Below, piece by piece: positions 11,530 through 21,351 of a stretch of 64,000 nt of DNA (positions are counted from its first letter, which is position 1; each line of letters begins with the position of its first letter). The notes beneath the pieces are model-generated. The model was not told where the DNA came from, did no database searches, and saw only the letters and a list, made by a program, of their open reading frames with translations. The stretch comes from Chitinophaga pinensis. GTDB taxonomy: Bacteria; Bacteroidota; Bacteroidia; UKL13-3. The stretch covers positions 1,742-65,741 of the forward strand of contig CAMAWM010000009.1 of NCBI GenBank assembly GCA_945861965.1, given 5' to 3'. The position numbers and the translations under genes are program-made.

Positions 11530-12126
11530 ATGCAAACACAGAGAGTTAGTGATCAGGAGTTGATTCTGCGCTACCTTCAGGGCAATTCATATAGCTTTGA
11601 AGTACTTTTACGCAGACACAAGCAAGCAATTTATAGCGTTTTGCTTTCACGAGTTAGAGATAGAAATTTAGCCGATGATCTTTTTCAAGAAGTTTTTATC
11701 AAAATAATCAAAACCATACACGATGGCAGGTATAACGAAATGGGTAAATTTCAAAGTTACGCTACACGAATGGCGCGTAATTATGCAATTGATTACTTGA
11801 GAAAGAAGAAACACGAAATTGTTTTTAGTAGCTTCGCTTCTGACGATGAGTCGTATAATCCCATTAATTATTTTGCTGACAATTGTTTAAATGCATCTCA
11901 GCAAATGATTTCAACTCATGAACAAGATGTAATTCGTAAATTAATTATGCAGATACCAGAAGATCAGCGCGAGGTTTTGATTATGCGCCACTGGGGTCAA
12001 ATGAAATTTAAGGACATTGCCGAACACAAAGGAGAAAGTATCAATACAATTATGGGCAGAATGCGCTATGCATTGCAAAATATGCGCAAATTGATTCAAG
12101 AGCAACAGATTGATATTGCAATTTAA
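11530..12126 (+). CDS. ECF-type RNA polymerase sigma-70 factor
   Basis: Region 2 (ADDLFQEVFIK...RNYAIDYLRK) and region 4 (PEDQREVLIMRH...FKDIAE...INTIMGRMRYA); divergent from uvrA. Confidence 0.92.
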   Translation: MQTQRVSDQELILRYLQGNSYSFEVLLRRHKQAIYSVLLSRVRDRNLADDLFQEVFIKIIKTIHDGRYNEMGKFQSYATRMARNYAIDYLRKKKHEIVFSSFASDDESYNPINYFADNCLNASQQMISTHEQDVIRKLIMQIPEDQREVLIMRHWGQMKFKDIAEHKGESINTIMGRMRYALQNMRKLIQEQQIDIAI

Positions 12127-12172
12127 TGTCCTCAACAAGTATATTTGGCATTAAATTTTCTTTTGCTTTTTA

Positions 12173-12697
12173 ATGAAAAAAATACTCTTAATTTTCTTTT
12201 TATTTAATTTTTTTGGAAATCGTACCGCTGCTCAAGATTCGCCAATTGTATATCAATTGCCTGATTTTATTGTAGTAGCCAAAAGCGATCCTGAATACGA
12301 AGCAAAATACCAACGACTTGTTAGAAATGTAAAGAAAACCTTGCCTTATGCAAAACTTGCAGCTTTTCGATACCAAATGCTGGAACAAAATTTACAAATA
12401 CTTCCAACAAATAAAGCAAGAAAAGCCTATTTGAAAAAAACAGAAGAAACCATCAAAGCACAATTTATGGATGATTTGAAAAGTCTTTCTATCAATCAAG
12501 GAAAGATATTGATCAAACTAATTTATCGCGAAACTGGGAAGTCGAGTTATGAAATGTTAACTACATACAGAAGCGACTTCACCGCTTTGTACTGGCAAGG
12601 TGTGGCAAAGTTTTTTGGCGGAAATTTAAAAGATGAATACAACCCGATAGAGGATTGGCAAATAGAGCAAATAATTAAACAACTTGGGTTTGATTAA
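12173..12697 (+). CDS. DUF4294 family secreted protein
   Basis: Signal peptide; Y.RLVRNVKK.LPYAK...QGKILIKLIYRETG...WQ.VAK.FG.NLK.EY.P pattern. Confidence 0.8.
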   Translation: MKKILLIFFLFNFFGNRTAAQDSPIVYQLPDFIVVAKSDPEYEAKYQRLVRNVKKTLPYAKLAAFRYQMLEQNLQILPTNKARKAYLKKTEETIKAQFMDDLKSLSINQGKILIKLIYRETGKSSYEMLTTYRSDFTALYWQGVAKFFGGNLKDEYNPIEDWQIEQIIKQLGFD

Positions 12698-12702
12698 TCT
12701 AT

Positions 12703-13884
12703 TTATCTGTAATCGCTATACAGCAAATATTTTTTTCTTATTTGTTTGAATGCAAGCAAATCACTTTCCCAGGATTTTTTTATTTCGTCTTCATTCATTC
12801 CTTGCTCAATTTGTTTTCTTAATTTATCACTTCCTGCAAGCTTGTCAAAAAACGAGTTAAAAAATTTTGTTTTCTCTTGATCGTTTTTATAAAATTCAAT
12901 AAGCCAAAACAAATTTATTGTTGGTATTTGAGAAGCGAAATTTTTTCCGTAATTAGTCAATGAAAATCCATTGCAAATTTGGTCTTTCCAAGGTGGATTT
13001 TCGGCAACGCCAAGAATTTTTTTTGGCGTGAATTTGTAATCGCCAATAGTTGAGTTTGGCTTGCCAATGCATTCAAATGGTTTTTCAGTTCCTCTTCCTA
13101 AACTAATGCTTGTGCCTTCAAAAAAACAAAGACTTGGATAAAGATAAATAGCTTCTATCGTTTTTAAATTTGGCGATGGAAAAACCGGAGGAGTGTATTT
13201 TGTTTCGTGCGAATAAAAATAATTTTTAATGACGATTACTTTGCATTGAATTCCATTTGCAAGCCAAGCTTCTCCATTTATCATTTGAGCGTATTCTGCA
13301 ATCGTCATTCCGTGAACAATTGGAATTGGATGCATGCCGACAAAGGATCTAAATGCTGTATCTAAAATTGGTCCGTCAACATAAAATCCATTTGGATTAG
13401 GTCTATCTAGAATTAATAGCGTTTTGTTGTTTTCGGCACAAGCCTCCATTACATAATGCAAAGTAGAAATATATGTGTAAAATCTTGCGCCTACATCTTG
13501 AATGTCAAAAATTAACAAGTCAATATTTTTCAATTGCGATGCAAAAGGTTTTTTGTTTTTACCATAAAGCGAAACAATTGGAATTCCTGTTTTTTTATCT
13601 ATAGTAGAAGCTACTTTTTCGCCTGCAGAATGATTTCCGCGAAATCCATGTTCTGGAGCAAAAACAGTTTTTACTTTAACTTTTAATTTCAACAAAGTAT
13701 CGAGCAAATGCACATTTCCTATATTACTTGTTTGGTTTACTACCAATGCTACTTTTTTATTTTGCAAGTAATGAAGATATTGAATCATTTGATCAGCGCC
13801 TGTTTTAAGCTGGCAAAATGATTTATTGATATGAAAAAATCCTGTTAATACTATCAAAATACTGATTTTGAAATTGCTTTTCAT
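12703..13884 (-). CDS. DUF1343 family exo-beta-N-acetylmuramidase (NamZ-like)
   Basis: FAPEHGFRG, FDIQDVGARFYTYIST, LDRPNP, PSPNL, GRGT motifs; start refined to ATG 13884 (signal peptide). Confidence 0.9.
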   Translation of the reverse strand: MKSNFKISILIVLTGFFHINKSFCQLKTGADQMIQYLHYLQNKKVALVVNQTSNIGNVHLLDTLLKLKVKVKTVFAPEHGFRGNHSAGEKVASTIDKKTGIPIVSLYGKNKKPFASQLKNIDLLIFDIQDVGARFYTYISTLHYVMEACAENNKTLLILDRPNPNGFYVDGPILDTAFRSFVGMHPIPIVHGMTIAEYAQMINGEAWLANGIQCKVIVIKNYFYSHETKYTPPVFPSPNLKTIEAIYLYPSLCFFEGTSISLGRGTEKPFECIGKPNSTIGDYKFTPKKILGVAENPPWKDQICNGFSLTNYGKNFASQIPTINLFWLIEFYKNDQEKTKFFNSFFDKLAGSDKLRKQIEQGMNEDEIKKSWESDLLAFKQIRKKYLLYSDYR

Positions 13885-13949
13885 CCTTAGTTTATAATAA
13901 ATTATTTTAATTAAATTATATTCGAACCTTATATTTTTCATTTTTCTTT

Positions 13950-15167
13950 TTGAACTTAAATTATTTCATATCGTCACGATTAACAACGCACAAACAAGCT
14001 GGTTTTTCAAAGCTAATTGTGCGAATTGCAATTGCAGCTGTTGCCATTAGCATTGCTGTAATGATTTTGGCTGTTGCCATTTCAAATGGGTATCAACGAG
14101 AAATAAAAAATAAAGTTTCTGGGTTTCATTCTCACATTCAAATTTCTGCGCCAACACAAGATCATTCGTACGAAAACAAACCCATAGTTCATGACTCAGT
14201 TTTTTATAAAAAGGCTGCATCCATTTCTGGTGTCAAACATATTCAAAAATTTGCTAACAAGGCTGGCATTATAAAAACCAATGAAGATTTTCAAGGAATT
14301 GTATTGAAGGGAATTGATGAAAATTTTGATTGGAGTTTTGTTGAAACAAACACAAAAGAAGGTAAAAAATTCAGTGTAAACGCAGACTTCAATTCAGACA
14401 AAATCTTTATTTCCAGATCAATTGCACAGAAATTAAAATTTAAGGTTGGCGAAAATTTCTTTGTTTACTTTATTCAAGATCCAATGCGTGTTCGAAAGTT
14501 TGTAATTAGCGGAATATTTGATTTTGGACTTGATGATTTTGATAATTTGTATGCATTTGTTGATATCAAACACATACAAAAGCTGAACAATTGGCAGCCA
14601 AATCAAATAAATGGATACGAGATTTTTGTTGATGATTTTGAAACTATTGATAAAGAAATTGGTTTAATACAAAACATTTTGCCGTACAGTTTGAACATAC
14701 AAAGTATAAATGAAATGTATCCTGCTCTTTTCGATTGGCTTAAAATGTTGGACATGAATGTTGTTATCGTTTTGATTTTAATGCTAATTGTTGCGGCAAT
14801 AAATATGATAACTGCGCTTATGATTTTAATTTTGGAACGAAGCAACATGATTGGAATTCTAAAATCTCTTGGCGAAAGCGATTCAAACATTGTTAAAATA
14901 TTTTTGTACATGGCTTCGTTTATTATACTTCGCGGATTGGTATTTGGAAATATATTGGGATTTGGATTAGGATTTTTACAAAAATATACTGGAATTATTT
15001 CATTGCCCGAAGAGGAATATTATCTCAATCGTGTTCCAATTCAATTCGATTGGATTGATTTTGCATGGATAAACTTAGGCAGTTTTTTAATTTGCATTCT
15101 AATTTTACTTATCCCATCATCCTTTGTAAGTCGTATTTCGCCAGCAAAAACTATAAAGTTTGATTAA
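13950..15167 (+). CDS. LolC/E-family (FtsX/MacB-like) ABC transporter permease
   Basis: N-terminal TM, periplasmic domain, VAAINMITAL.ILILER..MIGILKSLG, C-terminal TMs. Confidence 0.88.
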   Translation: MNLNYFISSRLTTHKQAGFSKLIVRIAIAAVAISIAVMILAVAISNGYQREIKNKVSGFHSHIQISAPTQDHSYENKPIVHDSVFYKKAASISGVKHIQKFANKAGIIKTNEDFQGIVLKGIDENFDWSFVETNTKEGKKFSVNADFNSDKIFISRSIAQKLKFKVGENFFVYFIQDPMRVRKFVISGIFDFGLDDFDNLYAFVDIKHIQKLNNWQPNQINGYEIFVDDFETIDKEIGLIQNILPYSLNIQSINEMYPALFDWLKMLDMNVVIVLILMLIVAAINMITALMILILERSNMIGILKSLGESDSNIVKIFLYMASFIILRGLVFGNILGFGLGFLQKYTGIISLPEEEYYLNRVPIQFDWIDFAWINLGSFLICILILLIPSSFVSRISPAKTIKFD

Positions 15168-15173
15168 AAAACG

Positions 15174-15971
15174 ATGAAGCAATTTATCCCTCAGTTTATA
15201 AAATTTCCTTTGTGGTTTTTATTTAAATCGCCTCAACGAAAATTTGCTTGGTTTACCTTGTGGCTTGATATTTTGAGTCTAATTTCCTTTGCGTTCTATT
15301 CCGTTTTCAAAATCAAAAAACTGAAGCCAATAAGCATTTGTGTCGGATTGTCAAACCGAAGTCCAATTTTTTTGAATACATTTTTATCAAGCTTAAACAA
15401 TGTCAAAAACAAACATTTAATAGAGCTTTCAGTATTTGATTGCAATTCGACTGATGTTGAAGATTTAGAAACTGAAATCAAAAAAAAATGGGTTGGCAAT
15501 TTGATTTTTTCAAACAAAGAAATGAAATTCACTCGAGCTGCGACTTTTAACAACGCAGTTTTACAAAGTAATAACGAAACGATTTTAATATGCGATGCCG
15601 ATTTTTCGTTGCCAATCAATATTGTCCAGCTATGCAACAATTATACAAGAGGTAGCATGGTTTGGTTTCCAATTGTTTTTTATTTATATAAAAACAAACC
15701 GAAAATATTTGACAAAAAAAATGGCGAATGGATGCAATGGGGAGGAAAAGGAATATTGGCGACAAGCAAAAAACATTTTATCAATGTCGGAATGTTAAAT
15801 ACAGATTTCACAGAGTGGGGAAGAGAAGACGATGAATTATGGCAAAGATTTTATCAGCATAAATACCTTGTTTTCCGCAGTAGATGTAAAGGATTTTTGC
15901 ATCACTGGCATCCAAGTTTAAATCCAAAGTACCAAGAATTGGCAACTATGGTTGACGAAGGGAAAATATAA
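15174..15971 (+). CDS. GT-A fold glycosyltransferase, GT7C / chondroitin GalNAc-transferase-like
   Basis: CDAD (DxD), WGREDDEL, HHWH motifs; hydrophobic N-terminal segment. Confidence 0.75.
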   Translation: MKQFIPQFIKFPLWFLFKSPQRKFAWFTLWLDILSLISFAFYSVFKIKKLKPISICVGLSNRSPIFLNTFLSSLNNVKNKHLIELSVFDCNSTDVEDLETEIKKKWVGNLIFSNKEMKFTRAATFNNAVLQSNNETILICDADFSLPINIVQLCNNYTRGSMVWFPIVFYLYKNKPKIFDKKNGEWMQWGGKGILATSKKHFINVGMLNTDFTEWGREDDELWQRFYQHKYLVFRSRCKGFLHHWHPSLNPKYQELATMVDEGKI

Positions 15972-15987
15972 ATATCTTGCTGCCCGA

Positions 15988-16752
15988 ATGAACGAACCTC
16001 TTGTTAGTATAATTACTCCTTCTTATAATCAAGCACAATTTTTAGAGCAAACGATTCAATCAGTGCTTGGCCAAACGTATAAAAACATTGAATATTTTGT
16101 GATGGATGGTGGTTCAATAGATGGCTCCGTTGAGATAATAAAAAAATACGAAGAAAAGTTAACGTATTGGCAAAGTAAATCTGATGACGGCCAATCGGAT
16201 GCTATCAATAGTGCATTTAAAAAATGCAAGGGCGATATTATCGCCTATATCAATTCGGATGATTTATTGATGCCCGAAGCAGTAGAAACTGTAGTCCGTT
16301 GTTTTGAAGTGAATGCAGATTATGCTCTTGTTTTTGGAATTTGTAGCACTATTGATGAAAATGGAAATGAAATTGCCGCTCCTCAAGGCGATCATATAAG
16401 TTTCAATCATTTACTCATGAACGGAATGTTGCCTAAGATTTTTCAGCCAGCGTGTTTTTTTAATAGAAAATATATTAACAGAGAATTTTTCTTAGATAAA
16501 AATCTGAAGTACGCTTTTGACTATGAGTTGTTGCTGATGCTAATGAAATGGAATACCAATTTGTTTATCTACAAGCATTTTGCTGCATATAGAAAGCATA
16601 AAGACGCTAAATCGTTAAATATAAAAGAAGCGTATTTTGAAAAGCTAAAAGTGCAAATGAGATACGGAAAAAGATACACTTTGCTTTGGGTGTATCGCTG
16701 GCTTAAATTTCTAATTTCAATGCAATTGAAGAAATTTGTTAAATCTAAATAA
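15988..16752 (+). CDS. GT2 family glycosyltransferase (WcaE-like)
   Basis: VSIITPSYNQ, DGGSIDGS, GQSDAIN, INSDD, DYEL motifs; start refined to ATG 15988. Confidence 0.92.
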   Translation: MNEPLVSIITPSYNQAQFLEQTIQSVLGQTYKNIEYFVMDGGSIDGSVEIIKKYEEKLTYWQSKSDDGQSDAINSAFKKCKGDIIAYINSDDLLMPEAVETVVRCFEVNADYALVFGICSTIDENGNEIAAPQGDHISFNHLLMNGMLPKIFQPACFFNRKYINREFFLDKNLKYAFDYELLLMLMKWNTNLFIYKHFAAYRKHKDAKSLNIKEAYFEKLKVQMRYGKRYTLLWVYRWLKFLISMQLKKFVKSK

Positions 16753-16923
16753 CATCAATTTTACTATTTTGATTAGTAGTGTATTTATAATTCAATTCTC
16801 TGAATATTAGCGTGTAACCTTATTGATTCAAAAAATTCAATTTCGAAAAGTGATTTAATTTCAATCATCAAAAAAACTTTCTTATTAATTAAATAAAACC
16901 GCTATTTTCGCGCCTTGTTATAT

Positions 16924-17721
16924 ATGAGTCGATTAGGCATATTTTTAATCTTATTATTGCTTGTTTTCGGTTCGTGCCGAAGCAAATTTCAGAAGTCGCT
17001 AAAAAATACCGACCCAAAGAAAAAGCTAGAGCAAGCAGAATATTATTTTAATAAGAAAGATTTCTATCGGTCTCAACTGTTATTTGAACAATTAGAAGGT
17101 GCATACGAAGCCACTAACATGGCTGAAAAAATTGCATATTACATGTCCGAATGTGATTTTGGTTTACGTAATTACGCTTTGGCGGGATTTAGATACAAAT
17201 CTTATTACGAAACATATCCTACAGGATTGTTTGCCGAGGAGTGTTTGTATAAACATGCTTATTGCAATTATCTTGAATCGCAGGATTACGAACTTGACCA
17301 AACGGATACATACAAAGCCATCGAAACATTTAAGATTTTTATAAATGTTTATCCCGATAGCAAGTATGTTAGCGAATGCAATGTGCTGTTGGATCAACTT
17401 AGAACTAAGCTGTCGCTGAAAGCATATAACAGTGCGAAATTGTATTTTAACATTGGCGATTTTAAAAGTGCGAAAGTGGCTTTGCGAAATGTTGTAAATG
17501 ATTTTCCTGAAGTTACACAGCGCGAAGAAATTGATTTTTTAATTGTAAAGGCCACCTATTTGTTAGCTGAAAATAGTATGGCGCAAATTCAAAAACAACG
17601 CTACGATGAAACAATTGAAGCGTTCTATCAGTTCAGCGAATATTACAGCGAAAGCAGTAAATATATGGACGAAGCCAAATCGTATAAAATAAAAGCAGAA
17701 ATTGCTATAAAAAAATTATAA
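16924..17721 (+). CDS. bamD: outer membrane protein assembly lipoprotein BamD (YfiO)
   Basis: Lipobox (FGSC), TPR helices, LDQTDT.KAI..F..FIN.YPDS motif; upstream of rpoZ. Confidence 0.9.
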   Translation: MSRLGIFLILLLLVFGSCRSKFQKSLKNTDPKKKLEQAEYYFNKKDFYRSQLLFEQLEGAYEATNMAEKIAYYMSECDFGLRNYALAGFRYKSYYETYPTGLFAEECLYKHAYCNYLESQDYELDQTDTYKAIETFKIFINVYPDSKYVSECNVLLDQLRTKLSLKAYNSAKLYFNIGDFKSAKVALRNVVNDFPEVTQREEIDFLIVKATYLLAENSMAQIQKQRYDETIEAFYQFSEYYSESSKYMDEAKSYKIKAEIAIKKL

Positions 17722-17740
17722 AGTAAACAACAAACAAAAA

Positions 17741-18079
17741 ATGACAAACATTACAAACAACTATCACAACGCACCAACTACTACAGTTATTCGCGACCTT
17801 CGTAAATTGGAGGCAGAAACCGGAAATTTGTACGAAACCATTGCGATTATTTCAAAACGTGCTAATCAGATTTCGGCACAAATGAAAGAAGAATTGCACA
17901 ACAAATTGAATGAGTTTGATAACGACAGCGATACCTTAGAAGAAATTTTTGAGAACCGCGAGCAAATTGAAATTTCACATTGCTACGAGAAGTTGCCAAA
18001 AGCAACATTGATAGCAACTGAAGAATATATTAACGATAAAATTCATTACCGCAATCCAGCAAACGAAACTGCTGAGTAA
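17741..18079 (+). CDS. rpoZ: DNA-directed RNA polymerase subunit omega (Bacteroidota type)
   Basis: TGNLYETIAIISKRANQI...LEEIFENREQIEIS..YEKLPK. Confidence 0.9.
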   Translation: MTNITNNYHNAPTTTVIRDLRKLEAETGNLYETIAIISKRANQISAQMKEELHNKLNEFDNDSDTLEEIFENREQIEISHCYEKLPKATLIATEEYINDKIHYRNPANETAE

Positions 18080-18099
18080 TTCTCTAGATTTATTTATTG

Positions 18100-18135
18100 A
18101 ACGGAAATGCTTGAAAAAGTATTTCCGTTTTTTTG
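18100..18135 (+). terminator. intrinsic terminator after rpoZ
   Basis: ACGGAAATGCTT-gaaa-AAGTATTTCCGT hairpin followed by a T-run. Confidence 0.8.
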
Positions 18136-18187
18136 TTTTTGAATAATTTAGAAAAAGAACGAAATTCGCCAATATTTTTTCAATCAA

Positions 18188-18790
18188 ATGGCTGTATATA
18201 AATTTAAAATAACTTTCGAAGATTACGAAGATACTTACCGAGTAATTGAAATAAAATCAAGTCAAACCTTTTTAGATTTCCATAAAACTATTTTGAAATC
18301 TATTGGTTTTGACGAGAAACAATTGGCCTCATTTTATATGAGTGATGATTCATGGCGAAAGGGTACGGAAATTACTTTGGAAGACATGACGGAAGATCCA
18401 GAAAATCCAATTGTAGAAATGCAAAAGGCAAAACTCAGCCAATTTGTAAACGATCCTCACCAGAAAATAATTTACGTGTACGACTTTATTCAGCTATGGA
18501 CAATGCAAATGGAATTAATTGGAATTGAAATAAAAGAGAATCCGAAATTTGAATATCCACGAATTGGAAAATCAGTTGGTTTGGCTCCAAAACAATACGA
18601 TAAAGTGCAAAAATTAGGATTGGTTGAAGACGATGAATTTGAAGAAATAGCGAGCAAATATTTGAATAAAACTGAAGATATTGGAAATGAAATAAGTGAC
18701 GATGAGGCTGGCGAATTTGGACTGTTTGAAGACGAACAAGACGAAGCAAGCGGCTCGGAAGAAACTCCAACTGACGATGAAAATATTTGA
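18188..18790 (+). CDS. pRiA4b ORF-3-like / IS1096 passenger TnpR family protein with acidic tail
   Basis: YKFKITFED...RVIEI...TFLDFHK.I...ASFYMSDD.W...YVYDF..W...EL; D/E-rich C-terminus. Confidence 0.7.
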   Translation: MAVYKFKITFEDYEDTYRVIEIKSSQTFLDFHKTILKSIGFDEKQLASFYMSDDSWRKGTEITLEDMTEDPENPIVEMQKAKLSQFVNDPHQKIIYVYDFIQLWTMQMELIGIEIKENPKFEYPRIGKSVGLAPKQYDKVQKLGLVEDDEFEEIASKYLNKTEDIGNEISDDEAGEFGLFEDEQDEASGSEETPTDDENI

Positions 18791-18830
18791 CGATTCAATA
18801 AATTAATACTAAACTAATTTTTAAAAACCA

Positions 18831-19589
18831 ATGCAATTAAAACTTAATCGGCCGCTTGTAATATTTGATATAGAATCTACCGGAATGAGTATTTCAAACG
18901 ACAGAATTGTAGAATTAGCAATGATAAAAGTTTTCCCAGATGGAACTGAAGAAGAAAGATTGCAACGATTTAATCCAACCATTCCAATTCCGAAAGTAGT
19001 ATCAGAAATACATGGAATATATGATGACGATGTAAAAAACGAACCTGTATTTTCAGAAAAAGCAAAAGAGCTTTCAGACTATTTACAAGGCTGCGATTTT
19101 GGAGGATTCAACTCAAATAAATTTGACTTCCCAATGTTGGTCGAAGAAATGCTTAGAGCCAATGTTGATTTTGGTGTTGACGATAGAAAATTTGTTGACG
19201 TTCAACGAATTTTTCATCAAATGGAAAGAAGGGATTTAACTGCAGCGTATAAATTTTATTGCGAAAAAAACTTAGAAAATGCACACAGCGCACAAGCCGA
19301 TACGCGCGCTACTTTGGATGTGCTGATTGCACAGATTGAAAGATACGATGCAATAGAAAACGACATTGATTTTTTACATAATTTTAGTGGCCAAAGCAAA
19401 AGTGTTGACCTTTCAGGAAGAATGATTTTTGATTCGAAAGGAAGAGAAATTTTTAATTTTGGGAAGCACAAAGGAAAAATTGTAACTGATGTTTTAAGAG
19501 TTGAGCCAAGCTATTATAAATGGATAATGGAGAACGATTTTGCATTGGATACAAAACGCAGACTTACTCAAATAAAATCAAGAGCGTAA
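18831..19589 (+). CDS. DnaQ-like 3'-5' exonuclease
   Basis: FDIESTG, GFNSNKFD, AHSA.AD DEDDh motifs; C-terminal FNFGKHKG. Confidence 0.9.
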   Translation: MQLKLNRPLVIFDIESTGMSISNDRIVELAMIKVFPDGTEEERLQRFNPTIPIPKVVSEIHGIYDDDVKNEPVFSEKAKELSDYLQGCDFGGFNSNKFDFPMLVEEMLRANVDFGVDDRKFVDVQRIFHQMERRDLTAAYKFYCEKNLENAHSAQADTRATLDVLIAQIERYDAIENDIDFLHNFSGQSKSVDLSGRMIFDSKGREIFNFGKHKGKIVTDVLRVEPSYYKWIMENDFALDTKRRLTQIKSRA

Positions 19590-19604
19590 GGTTTAAATTA
19601 AAGT

Positions 19605-20039
19605 TTATTCTATTACGGCAATTGTATAACTCATGCGTACTGGAAATATTCCATTTTTGTTATTAAATCCATTTACTTTAAAATCTTTTAAAATATACAC
19701 ATCGCCAATTTTGCATTGCGCGAAAGAGCTTTTTATTTCGTCCGAAAACATCTGAGTTGTGCACAGGAAATCAGTATTGTTTTTATTTCCTTTTGAAATG
19801 TAACTAACCTTATATTCAACAGGTGGTCCGTATTTTACTTTTTTGCTTTTCGAATACAAGAAAATTAATTCTATAGTTTGTATCCATTTTTTCTTCATGT
19901 ATATTGTGTCGCTTCCACTCGCTTTATACATATTTGCGACACTCCCACCGCCCATGACGAATAAAATTGCAGCATTGTTTGTTTGAGCAGAAACTGTCAA
20001 ATAAACAATAGAAAATGCTATAAAAAGTAAAAATCGCAT
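19605..20039 (-). CDS. secreted hypothetical protein, possibly GldM/PorM C-terminal-domain-like
   Basis: Signal peptide (..VSAQ); C-terminal FS.EIK..F...K.GD...L.D.KV.G pattern. Confidence 0.5.
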   Translation of the reverse strand: MRFLLFIAFSIVYLTVSAQTNNAAILFVMGGGSVANMYKASGSDTIYMKKKWIQTIELIFLYSKSKKVKYGPPVEYKVSYISKGNKNNTDFLCTTQMFSDEIKSSFAQCKIGDVYILKDFKVNGFNNKNGIFPVRMSYTIAVIE

Positions 20040-20116
20040 ACAACAACATTATAAACATTTTCAGTAAAAAACAATTATTAATTCAGTTACTTTATTGCGA
20101 ATATTGTATTCTGAAA

Positions 20117-21328
20117 ATGCTGAAAAACGAACGAATTTTACTTATAACACTTGCTGTTTTAAATTTCACAAACATTATGGATTTTATGATCATGATGCCT
20201 TTGGGTCCATTTTTATTTGAATCGCTCGGCATTGACGTAAAACAATTTGCCTTGCTTGTTTCATCCTATTCTATCAGCGCATTTATTTCTGGAATTGTTA
20301 CAACATTTATCATTAACAAATTTGACCATAAGAGTTATTTGTTAAAAATTTATATCGGATTTTTGATTGGAACTTTGCTTTGCGGATTATCTACCACTTA
20401 TTCTATGTTATTAGCTGCTCGATTTTTTACTGGACTTTTTGGTGGTGTGCTTGGAGCAATAATATTAACCATTGTTAGCGATAATGTACCATTAGAACGA
20501 AGAGGCCACGCAATGGGAATTATTATGTCTGCTTTTAGTTTCGCATCAGTACTTGGAATTCCATTTGGAATTTATATTGCCACTCATACTTCATTTGGTT
20601 GGCAGGCACCATTTTTATTTTTAGCCGTATTGGGCATTCCTGTTTATTTTTTAATTTCAAAATTTGTCCATTCTCAAAGTACAGATGTACGAGAAACGCA
20701 TGCGCAATTAAATATTTTGTTGAATATAAAAAGCATCTTCTCAAACAAAAACAATCGCCTTGCATTGTCAATTGGAATTGTAATAATAGTAGGGCATTTT
20801 AGTATAATACCTTATTTAAGTCCATACATGACTGGCAATGTAGGATTGCGAAAAGAAGATCTCCCATTGATATATTTGGTAGGAGGAGGCGCTTCGTTTT
20901 TTACATCATTGCTTGTTGGAAAAGCGGCTGATAAATATGGAAAACTTCGCGTTTTTGTATTTTTTGTTTTGCTTTATACTATTCCAGTTTATTTAGTTAC
21001 CAATATGCAGCCAGGTACTATGTTTTATTTATTATCGGTTTCGGCTTTGTTTTTTATGTTTTCGAGCGGACGATTTATACCTTCGCAAGCAATGGTAACA
21101 GGCGCAGTTGATGCTAAAACTAGAGGGAGTTTTATGAGCTTAAATAGCAGTGTTCAACAATTAGCAATTGGATTGTCATCATTTCTTGCTGGATTAATTG
21201 TTACAACAGATCCCATCACAAAAAAAATATACAATTACGATGTTGTTGGATATTTTGCGATTGCAATGGCGTTTGTAAGTTTGATAATTGCAATGCAATT
21301 GCGAACTTCTGAAGGCGAAAAATATTAA
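20117..21328 (+). CDS. MFS transporter
   Basis: About 12 hydrophobic segments; NIMDFMIMMPLGP, ARFFTGLFGG, ADKYGK motifs. Confidence 0.92.
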   Translation: MLKNERILLITLAVLNFTNIMDFMIMMPLGPFLFESLGIDVKQFALLVSSYSISAFISGIVTTFIINKFDHKSYLLKIYIGFLIGTLLCGLSTTYSMLLAARFFTGLFGGVLGAIILTIVSDNVPLERRGHAMGIIMSAFSFASVLGIPFGIYIATHTSFGWQAPFLFLAVLGIPVYFLISKFVHSQSTDVRETHAQLNILLNIKSIFSNKNNRLALSIGIVIIVGHFSIIPYLSPYMTGNVGLRKEDLPLIYLVGGGASFFTSLLVGKAADKYGKLRVFVFFVLLYTIPVYLVTNMQPGTMFYLLSVSALFFMFSSGRFIPSQAMVTGAVDAKTRGSFMSLNSSVQQLAIGLSSFLAGLIVTTDPITKKIYNYDVVGYFAIAMAFVSLIIAMQLRTSEGEKY

Positions 21329-21351
21329 AAATAGAGTCCGATTTTAAAACT

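Noticed and set aside
16753-16914. Possible sRNA or repeated motif upstream of bamD (AAGTGATT..TTCAA similar to ~60230)
   Set aside because: Similarity is too short for such AT-rich DNA and no stable structure is evident.
18188-18790. Mobile element suggested by the IS1096 passenger / pRiA4b family name
   Set aside because: No transposase, terminal inverted repeats or target duplication; the gene sits among core genes.
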